Source: Paraspadella gotoi (Eukaryota > Animalia > Chaetognatha). Taken from it: a stretch of 64,000 nt of DNA. Where the stretch lies: positions 19,281,526 to 19,345,525 of the forward strand of contig CM119268.1 in the NCBI GenBank assembly GCA_051294375.1. Direction: 5' to 3'. This document shows, piece after piece, positions 54,279 through 64,000 of the stretch. Below the pieces are notes generated by a model, which saw nothing but the letters and a program-made list of their open reading frames with translations, made no database searches and was not told where the DNA came from. How positions within the stretch are numbered: the stretch's first letter is position 1; every line of letters starts with the position of its first letter. Both the position numbers and the translations under genes were made by a program.

Positions 54279-54999
54279 ACAATCGTGCTTTTTCGTCTCC
54301 GTTTAGAAAATCCCTTTCTTTTTCTTTCGACCTCCGTAAATTGAAAGAAGATACCCAATTTTTTTAGTTCTTTTTTTTTTCATTCTGGATTTAAGAAAAA
54401 ATTTCCTTTTTACGAATATAATTTTTTTTTTAAAACTGTTTTTTCAAAAAACTAAGATTAAATGAAAGAAGGAAAGGTGTACGGAGGAAGAAAATGGAGG
54501 AAAAAAGGAAAAGAAAATAAATAAACGAAAAGAAAATTATTGAAATTTCTGAATCTGAATTCGACTTTGCCTTCGGGTTAAAATCGAAAAAAAAAAACCA
54601 GAATTTCTTAGAAAAGAGAAAATTTTGAAATTCCACGGATGCAATGGGATGTGCTGAGGACTCAGGTTATTTTCATTTGTTATTTTAGTTTAGTCTTTGA
54701 TTAATAATGCCAAATTTTTAACTAGAAAAACTAAATAAAACCATTTGAGTGACGGCATTATGAGTTCAAATGTGTGAATGTTAAATGGAGAACAACATAT
54801 ATTTGTCGTTTTGTCCTGAAATAATTATAATTATAAATATAATTATCTAAAAAAGGATAATACAAGATAATAAAAAATTAAACGGTAGTTGAGAAGAAAA
54901 ATAGCTTGGATAACAGCAAGCTGCAACAAAACCTTGTTTAATATCAGACAGACTAATGCATCCTTGACGATGACCGTTTTTTACTCTTCGTTTCTAGCT

Positions 55000-55033
<34 letters not shown>

Positions 55034-55037
55034 CTCT

Positions 55038-55077
<40 letters not shown>

Positions 55078-55214
55078 ATCTCTCTCTTTTCCCTTTTCGT
55101 CTCCCGTCACCTACTAGAAAAAACGTTTAGAACGCTTTAGGTCGGGACCAGCGAAACCAACTCTGACAAAATGACCCCCTCTCTCGCTTTTCGGGTCTTT
55201 CATCATCGTCTTCT

Positions 55215-55527
55215 GTGAGAGAGAAAAGAGAGAGAAAAAAAAGAGAGAGAAAAAAGCAGGAGGAGAAGAAGAGAGAGAGAGAGAGGAATGAGAGAGAAGA
55301 GAGAGATCAGAGAAGAGAAACGAAGAGAGAGGAGAGAGAGAGATGAAGAACAAAAAAAGAGCAGGAGAGGGAGAATGATATGAGGGAGACGGAACGAAAG
55401 AATTTTTATGTTAGTGTTTCAGAGAAGCCCGGTGTAAAAAAATATGGGAAGAAAGAGAGCGAGGAAGAAAAAAGGTTATAAGTAGAGAGAGAGAGACAGG
55501 AGAGAGAGAGAGAGAGAAGAAAGAAGA

Positions 55528-55577
<50 letters not shown>

Positions 55578-55674
55578 AGAAGAGATGAGAGAGAGAGAGA
55601 GAGAAGAGAAAGAAGAGAGAAGAGAGAGAGATAGAAAGAGAGAGAGAAGAAGAGAGAGAGAGACAGAGAGAGAG

Positions 55675-55733
<59 letters not shown>

Positions 55734-55800
55734 ATGAAGAGAGAGAAGTAGAGCAGAGAAGATGAGGCAGAGTGAGATGAGATGAAGAGATGAGATGAGT
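55215..55800. repeat. Long (AG)n-rich tract
   Basis: Directly visible. Confidence 0.9.
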
Positions 55801-56055
55801 ATATCTGCTATGTAATGTGATAGGAAGAGAAGAAATACGATTTATATAACAAATAGACTTTCCAGATGTTAAACAATAAGTTTTTATATTTTACTGAGTA
55901 ATTATTTACTAAAAATAGAAAAAAATTGAAGAATGAATATTTCGCAAGGGCAAACAGAAAGTACTAAAAAACACTTTAGGTTAACACAAACAAGAAAATA
56001 ATGTATGATTTGGTCCTTAAATAGATTGAGAGAGAGAGTGATAGAGAGAAATATA

Positions 56056-56157
56056 GATTTGATTTGATTTGATTTGATTTATTCGGCTCATAATGTCAAT
56101 AAAACACATTTACAATCACCGGATCGTAAGAGAGCCGTACATGAATATTATGTACAT
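56056..56157 (-). mobile_element. Probable 3' tail of a non-LTR retroelement (CR1/L2-like)
   Basis: Minus strand: CGGCTC...GAGCCG stem, then AATAAA and (AAATC)5. Confidence 0.5.
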
Positions 56158-56167
56158 ACAAGTATGT

Positions 56168-56721
56168 AAACAAGTTTGAGCCAACAATGCCGGATCTGCC
56201 CACGATCATTAGCGTTAAGCAGCTAATTAGATAATTTATTTATTAATTAATTAATTTATATTATTTTTTTTAATTCGTGTCAAAATCGTTTTCCACTTTG
56301 TCTCGCCTCTCAATTACAAAACAACAATCTCGATCACAAAATTAATTAATTAATTATTTACTTATTTATTAATAATTAATTAATTTAAATTTACATTTAA
56401 TATAAAAATAAACAAGCATAATAATTTTTTTTTTCATTTTAACTCATTTCCACTAAGACGATTCCATCGAAACTTTATTTCCTGCTTAATCACACAATTT
56501 CCTACCCACATACAAAATTAGAAGACAATCGCGCCATTCACTCATGAGTAATTGGTGTTCAAACAGTGAAATATATTTTTTTTGTTTTTTCTCATTTCCA
56601 CTCGGATGATTCCATCGAAACTTGATTTCCAGCTAAATCACACACTTTCCTACCAATACACAAAATTTCATTCCAATCCATCCATCAAATCACGAGTAAT
56701 TGGTGTTTTTTGCTAAGGTGG

Positions 56722-56784
<63 letters not shown>

Positions 56785-56924
56785 GGACGGACATCCATTT
56801 TTTTGCATAATTTATCATAATTCGATGTTCTGATATGATATAAGTGAATGCCCGACAGGAATGGGGGGGGCGGACCGACGGACCGACAAAATCGGAATCT
56901 GCTGTAAGCAGATCCGGCTAAAAA
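56168..56924 (-). mobile_element. Complete HINE copy
   Basis: 3' end AAACAAGTTTGAGCCAACAATGCCGGATCTGC, two central repeats, (GACA)n and the 5' inverted repeat. Confidence 0.85.
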
Positions 56925-56978
56925 TATAAAATAACAATTAAAAATTCATTGATTAAATAAACGAGGAAATAGTAAATT

Positions 56979-59414
56979 AAACAAGTTTGAGCAAACAATG
57001 TCAGATCTGCCTACGAATTTAATTTAATAATTAATTATAAATTTATATACAGCTTATCATCATCGATGTACTTAAAATAAAGTAAATGTGACTTATATTT
57101 TTTTCATTTAAACTCATTTCCACTGGCACAATTCCGTCAAAACTTTATATCTAGCTTCTTCACAAACTTTCCTTCCCGCTCACAAAATTTCATCTCAATC
57201 TATTATGAGTTAAAATAAGTAAAAAGAGTCAAGTAAATGTGACTCATATTTTTTGTCATTTAAACTCATTTCCACTCGAACCGAAACTTTATATCAAGCT
57301 TCGTCACACATTTTCCTACCCACACACAAAATTTGAACTCAATCTATCCATCCAATTATGATTAATTAGAGTATTTATTGGTTAAAATAAGTAAAAAGAT
57401 TTTAGTAAATGCGAATTATGTTTTTTTTCATTTAAACTCATATCCACTCACACGATTCCGTCGAAACTTTATATCCAGCTTCATCACACATGTTCCTACC
57501 GATATACAAAATTTCATTCCGATCCAACCAGCCAATCACGAGTTATTGGGGCTTTTTGCTAAGGTGGGACGGATGGACGGATTGATTGATTAATTAATTA
57601 ATTAATTAGTGATTAATTAATTGACTAATTGATTAATTAACTGATTTAATATTTGATTTAATAATACATCCTGCATATACATTTAATATAAAAGGAAAAA
57701 AAAATCATAATCAATTAGTGAAACAGGTTTTATGTTTTTTTCCATTTAAACTCATTTCCACTCAAACGATTCCATCGAAACTTGGTTTCCTGTTCAATCA
57801 CACACTTTCCTACTCACGTACAAAATTCCAGGTCAATCGCCCCATCCACTCATGAGCAATTGGTGTTCAAATAGTGAATTATATTTTTTTGTTTTTTCCA
57901 TTTAAACTCATTTCCACTCGGACGATTCCATCGAAACTTTATATCAAGCTCAATCACACACTTCCCTACCCACACTAGAGCTCCCAGAAATACCATGCAT
58001 TTTTGAAAGTTCCTGATACCTGCAAAGTTTCTTGTGCCAAATTTCGTGGAGAAAACGAATATCACATTAAAAAATATCCCTGAATGCTCTTTATGGATTT
58101 TCCACGCCAGTTTTTGCGTCGAACCACTTCCGGTTTTAAAAAATCATGATTTTGGGAAAAAAATGAGCTGGCATACTTTAATTAATCAAAATAAAGTTAC
58201 TACTAACCTTATTACTAATTTTTTTGTTGTGGTTTATAAATAAGGTTAAAAAATAATGATTACGAAAAACTTCAAATTAAAAATTATTATATTTTTTTAA
58301 ATCAAATCATCCATGACCAAATTATTCTACAAATTCTAATAATATTTTATAAGAAAGTAAGATTTGGTTATAAAAATACAACTCTCTAAGGGATTTTAAA
58401 TATTTAATCCTTAAGCCAAGATATTGGCCTTTAAAGGTTTGCTAAATGATGCCAAAAAAAAGTAGCAAATTAGATAAAAGGTGCTTTGGCCTTTGTGGCT
58501 AGCAAGCCTCCCACTCAACCTTAACCCTAAACCAGGTCATAATAAGTCTTCTCAGCTCATGACTTCTCCAGCAAGCTACTTTGATAACCTTAATCTTAAC
58601 ACGGGCCTTCTATTTCATACCAAATTAGAACCTGAACTCTAGAATTACCTATGGGCCTCTCTTCCAACCTAAACCTTTTATTCATTTGCAAGCCTTAACC
58701 CTAATCTTAATGTCCCTGGTACAAGCCTGATTAAATATTGCAATTTTGCAATTTGGACAGGCTCAGAAAAGGACAGTAAGCTTGGGTTAGGTGAGGAAAG
58801 GTACTTGGGAAGGAAATTAAGGATTAAAACTAACCTCACAGCCTTTGCCAATTCCTGTCCATCCCTTTCCCTCAACCTCAATCCTAACCCAGCCTCATAG
58901 CCATTGCCAAGGCTAAACCTTAATCCCTAACATCCCTAACATTTTTTGTATCATTTGGTAAACTTTTTAAAGATTATAGATTTAAAATCCCTTAGACAGT
59001 TCTATTTATTTAACCAGATGGTAAAAGTTTATTAAAATTAGTGGAGTGGTTTGGTCAGGGCCAATTTGGCTTAAAAAAAGTATGAATTTTTAACTTTTGT
59101 AATAATATTTTTATAACATTATTTATAAACCAAAACAAAAAATGTAATATTAAGGTTATTGGTAACTCTAAAAATCCTGAATTTTTAAAACTGGAAGTGG
59201 TTCGACGCAAAAACTGGCGTGGAAAATCCATAAAGAGCATCCAGAAAAATTTTTTATTGTGATATTCGTTTTCTCCACTAAATTTGGCACAAGAAACTTT
59301 GCAGGTATCAGGAACTTTCATAAATGTATGATATTTCTGGGACCTCTAACCCACACACAAAATTTCATTCAAATCCATCCATCCAATCATGAGTAATTGG
59401 TGTTTTTTGCTACG

Positions 59415-59453
<39 letters not shown>

Positions 59454-59609
59454 GGACGGAAGGACATCATTTTTTTTGCATAATTTATCATAATTCGATG
59501 TTCTGACATGATATAAGTTAGTGCCCGACAATATTGAGGGGGCGGACCGACGGACCGACAAAGTGAATTATAGAGTCGGGATCTGCTGATAAGCAGATCC
59601 GACTAAAAA
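56979..59609 (-). mobile_element. Composite HINE copy interrupted by a hAT-like element
   Basis: Both termini are present, with about five central repeats and an internal partial duplication near 57570. Confidence 0.85.
57976..59348. mobile_element. Non-autonomous hAT-like element, 1373 bp, long TIRs, 8-bp TSD
   Basis: Termini TAGAGCTCCCAGAAATA / TATTTCTGGGACCTCTA. Inverted similarity extends about 400-480 bp. TSD ACCCACAC is at 57968-57975 and 59349-59356 and is single in uninterrupted HINE copies. Confidence 0.9.
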
Positions 59610-59662
59610 GAAAAATTCTATATACAGATAAGTTTTGAAGTATCTTTAGAATAAATTTCTCT

Positions 59663-59714
<52 letters not shown>

Positions 59715-60651
59715 TTTGCCCTCTCAGAGATTAGCGTTCCATCTTTCCCCCATCAAGGACCAAGGAGATCGGAGAAAATTTCCGCCTCAACTCAGCGACA
59801 AATCCACCCAGACTTTGTTATGGAAGGGAGGCGCGGCGGTGAAGGCATGGTAGAGTAGTTAGATTGGGGGAAAAGCATGGCGGAGGAATATTGTTGGATG
59901 GTGATGGCAAGAATGAGGGGTATGGCTGGGCAATGGAAGCATGGCGGAGGATTAAGGGTACAAAGATGGACAGGGGTAAGGTTTGGCTGCTATTTGCACT
60001 CGTTGCCAATTTCCATTTGGAGAAAGAAGCGATTAATTTGCACAAAAAGGAAACCAAGTACCATTGCTGATGTAAGAATGTGGCAATGATTGTAATGGCG
60101 TCTTTTGGCCTTCAAAGGATTAAGTTGAGGTTGCGTCTCCGAAATGTTTTGAGGTTGCGACTGTCTCGAGCCGCGTCGGAGGGAAGGCCTTTAATTCCGC
60201 GTGAGCCGTGCCTTAAGCACTGTGTTGGAATCGAGGGCCAACTGTCGTGACTGACCTGACCTACGACATTAGTGAAACATTGCCTGACCTCGTACTTTTT
60301 TAAAAAAAATTATTTGAAGTTGAATTTGTTAATTTTTCTTTATTTTTAATTAAAAACAACGAACCAATTGAATAAAATATAAAATCTTTGTTGAGAAGAC
60401 GATAAGTCGGCAATGCAGGACCGTACACCCAGCCTCAACAATAAATTGTTTTGAGTTTTTTGGTTTTGTTGTATAGGATTAGTTTATATATTTGTTAAGA
60501 TTTTTAATCTATTGTAATTATGTTCAAAATCCAATTTATTTTTAGATTTCTACGTTACTGTATTGAACTAAGTTCGGAGAAGTGGCTGTCTTTGAATTCT
60601 AACTGACTGGGCTAATTCTGCGCATTGAAGACCAGATGAACTCGGGTTAAA

Positions 60652-60781
60652 ATGGCGCAGAAGAGACGATGGCGCCGGTCAAAACGCCCTGGAGATGATG
60701 ACGACAGTCTCGGCAGAACGACGTCGGCTAAGGCCGAAAGGACGACGAACTGCGAAGCCCAGGACTTGACGAAATGTCTGT
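60652..60781 (+). CDS. Candidate first coding exon, unknown product
   Basis: AAAATGG start context, 43 open codons, GTAAGT donor (phase 1). No recognisable homology. Confidence 0.2.
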
Positions 60782-61353
60782 GTAAGTCTGTAGAAGTTGA
60801 AGAGTCTGTTAGAAGTCCTGGGCAAGGAATAACAAAACATTTAGTACAAACTCAGCAAATATATATAAATTTAAAGTGTCTTTCTTACTTGTTTCTGAAG
60901 CCAATAATAACCAAAAAAGAATTGCTTCTCTCATAGAAAAGTCCACCAAACCAGCGATCACACAAAAAATAAGATTCCGAGATATCTAATAAAAGAGTTT
61001 AAATGCTCTGAAAAGAACTAAAAACCCAGTGACAACTTTGAGATCTGAAGATACCACGTGGCCAGAATTCGATTAGAATCTTAATCGAAATCTATCGAAA
61101 TCACGGGCACCAGCTGTACACTGCCTTCGGAAATCTGTACTTAAGTATAAACAAAAGAGAGAGCCTAGAGATGTCGTGGCGATCGCTAGAATGGAAGCAT
61201 TTTCGATGTCAGTAATAAAGAACAAAAGAGCAACGGGCGAAAAGGTAGACAAGCTGGATTTCCTCGTAATAATAAAGATAGTTATTTCGTAACAGTTACT
61301 TTAAATTTTTGTCGAATGACTTTTCTTTTGTTGTTTCTCGATTTTTCTCCAAG

Positions 61354-61593
61354 CACTAATCAATTGTAATCATGCTTGGCAAAGACGTTTACAACGGCGC
61401 GACGAATTAGACGGAGAACAGCCAAGAATCCAAGCAGCCAAGCAATACAAAAGCGAAAGGAGTCTCCTTCTTCGCCGCTGCTCAACAATCTATCATCGCA
61501 ATCTCAAGAGAGATCTGGTTACTAGTTTACAATGCAATTTGGGAGACAGCAGCCGTCCCATGAAGAGAAATAGACGACAAGGGGCCGGCAAGA
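61354..61593 (+). CDS. Candidate second exon, unknown product
   Basis: Pyrimidine tract plus AAG acceptor and about 80 open codons in phase with the 60652 exon. No recognisable homology. Confidence 0.2.
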
Positions 61594-61623
61594 GTGAGAG
61601 AACGAGAGCGTGGGAGAAGAGAG

Positions 61624-61695
<72 letters not shown>

Positions 61696-62796
61696 AAGAG
61701 AGAGAGAAAAGAAAGAGAGAGAGAGAGAGGAAAGAATGAGATTGCCGAAATTGGTTGGCATCGGCGTCTGGAGTGAATGGCAAGTGGCGCGGCGTGCGAA
61801 ACTCTCATTTGCATATTGCAGATATTAAACTACGGCCGAAAGAAAACTACAGCGGATGGAGTGGATGAAAAAAAAAGCCTTTTCCCATCAAACGTCGTGG
61901 TGGTTGTGTTCATCGTCGTCATCATCGTCATATTCGTCGTCGTCATCGTCGTCATCGTCGTCTCTGTTTTCCCATCGAATATTTAAACGGGGGAAAAATG
62001 TGCTAAAAAAAAAGCGTCTCTCGGCCGCGCGATGTCGGGATGTGGAATCGAGCCTTTGTTTTTCCACCTCCCAACTAAATTATTTAATTTTTCGTCTTCC
62101 GGTTGGGACGGCCGTGTGGGGGAGGCGGGGGGGGGGAGTCGAGAAAAACTTGGGACTTCTTTCGAAAAAAAGAGACGACGACGAAGACGACGACCGCATC
62201 GGCTTCAGAAAAAAGGATTATGTTGTTAAACGTTAGTTGATTCTAAAATGAAATGCAAAACTATAGCGGTCGGGTTTTTTTTTTTTTTTTTTATCGCCAT
62301 TGAAAACGATGATCATTTCCGATATTTATAGATTATCTCCGACTGTCAGATCCCACTTGAGGGTAGGATAAGATTGAAGCTTCATTTTTCAAGATGACAC
62401 ACACAAACACTAATTTTCGGGGATTCTTAACCAGTAATTAAAATTAACGACGACGACGAAGTCAACGACGAAAAATACGTTCAGTTGTTCTTTTAATCCG
62501 GTGAATATAAAAAAATGAATGAGGTTGAAGTCGTTCATTTAACGATTCGCCAACCCGTTAATTGAACGATTCTCAAACCCTGCATCCAGATTCATAATTC
62601 ATTAATTTACGACTCTCGCTAAAATTGTGAGATTTTTTTTAGAGCGAACTTCTAACACGAGATTTGTGAGAGCGAATGAACGAGAAAAAAAACCCGTGAA
62701 ATTGATGGGAAACGAAAATATGTGAGAAGCCTGGAGCTCTCACGGACGCAAGGGAGAGAGGTGAGACCAATGGGAGGGATGATGATGATGATGATT

Positions 62797-62829
<33 letters not shown>

Positions 62830-62941
62830 TTGAAGATGATGATGATGATGATGATGATGATGGCAACTAAAATTTTCATTCGATTCCCACTTCGAAGCAG
62901 AATATAAAAAGACGAACTAAGTTGTGAAGGTATTAAGGTTA

Positions 62942-63280
62942 TCAGGCATAAAAGCAATGGAACGCCTTCATAAGGGCAGTGATGATTGAAAAGGGGTGAA
63001 CTTTTCTTCGAACGCTCCGAGGGGGGGGGCAGGGGGGAGGCCTTTGATGGAGGTCGTCGAGACGCCCTCCAAGAAGCCAAAGCCCAAGTCCGTCCAAGGA
63101 TGACTTATTACCGCCATAACTGTCGTCGTCGTCGTCGTCGTCCTCGACGTCGTCGCCGCTTCGGGCGTCGTTGTCGTCTTTGGCTTCGTCGATGTCGTTG
63201 GTCGTCGATGTCATCGTTGTCATCGTCGTCACAGTCAATGTCGTCGTTGTCGTCTTCTTGTTACCATGATTTCTTTGTAA
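62942..63280 (-). CDS. Candidate terminal exon, Thr/Asp-rich then unique sequence
   Basis: Open frame ending RSVRRKVHPFSIITALMKAFHCFYA*. Partly GAC repeat, with no clear acceptor or homology. Confidence 0.2.
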   Translation of the reverse strand, partial: LQRNHGNKKTTTTTLTVTTMTTMTSTTNDIDEAKDDNDARSGDDVEDDDDDDDSYGGNKSSLDGLGLWLLGGRLDDLHQRPPPCPPPRSVRRKVHPFSIITALMKAFHCFYA

Positions 63281-63371
63281 TTAGCCTGCCAATGTCATCA
63301 CAGTCTGAGTAATCTAAAGTCTGATGTCGCAATGATAACCGTCATCGATCACCATCATCGTCCAAATTAGC

Positions 63372-64000
63372 AAATATCGTCTGTCATCATCTATTTCCTT
63401 CTCACCTTGGTGATTGTCATGATGGCGAATATCATCTGTCATCATTTATTTCCTTCTCACTTTGTCGATCGTCATGATATTGAAAATCGTCTGTCATCAT
63501 CTCTTCCCTTCCCACTTTGGCAAAAGTCATAACGGCGAATATCATCTGTCATCATCTATTTCCTTCTCACTTTGTCGATCGTCATGATGTTGAAAATCGT
63601 CTGTCATCATCTCTTTCCTTCTCCCTTCGGCGAAAGTCATAAAGGCGAATATCCTCTGTCATCATCTCCTTTTCCTTCTCACTTTGGCCGAAAGTCATAA
63701 AGGCGAATATTCCTCTGTCATCATCTCCTTTCTTTTCACTTTGGCGAAAGTCATAAAGGCGAATATCTTCTGTCATCATCTCTTTCCTTTTCACTTTGGC
63801 GAAAGTCATAAAGGCGAATATCCTCTGTCCATCATCTCTTTCCTTCTCACTTTGGCAAAAGTCATAAAGGCGAATATCCTCTGTCATCATTTCTTTCCTT
63901 CTCACTTTGGCAAAAGTCATAAAGGCGAATATCCTATGTCATCATCTCTTTCCTTCTCAATTTGGCAAAAGTCATAAAGGCGAATATCCTCTGTCATCAT
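63372..64000. repeat. About 55-bp tandem satellite running off the window
   Basis: Unit GAATATCCTCTGTCATCATCTCTTTCCTTCTCACTTTGGCAAAAGTCATAAAGGC, about 11 copies. Confidence 0.95.

Noticed and set aside
58460-58940. Interstitial telomere
   Set aside because: The repeats are degenerate and internal to a transposon.
63372-64000. CRISPR-like regular repeats (also 22140-22665)
   Set aside because: No unique spacers, no cas genes and a eukaryotic context.

Overview
Repeat-rich, AT-rich eukaryotic DNA, probably an invertebrate animal, from a gapped draft assembly. It has many N runs and several tracts that look like unpolished, indel-rich long-read sequence. I cannot confirm any intact protein-coding gene; almost all listed ORFs are translations of microsatellites (AG, GAC, TTC, ATTT, GGAAA, GGAC) or N runs. 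The best-supported content is a nested mobile-element landscape. (1) A Helentron/DINE-1-type non-autonomous rolling-circle family (HINE) has about five near-complete copies plus fragments. (2) Penelope-like retroelement remnants carry a recognisable GIY-YIG C-terminus, inverted terminal copies and minimal hammerhead ribozyme cores; one is inserted in a HINE with an 11-bp TSD. (3) A 1373-bp long-TIR hAT-like element with an 8-bp TSD sits in another HINE. (4) Smaller items include MITEs, a CCA-ended tRNA-Leu 3' fragment, a 2.8-kb Asp-coding-like minisatellite, a 55-bp satellite and two isolated long inverted repeats. A 13.5-kb-offset duplication (about 28.2-37.8 kb vs 40.5-50.6 kb) looks like an assembly artefact. 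I found no system I can call undescribed with confidence; the families may be new, but their classes are known.
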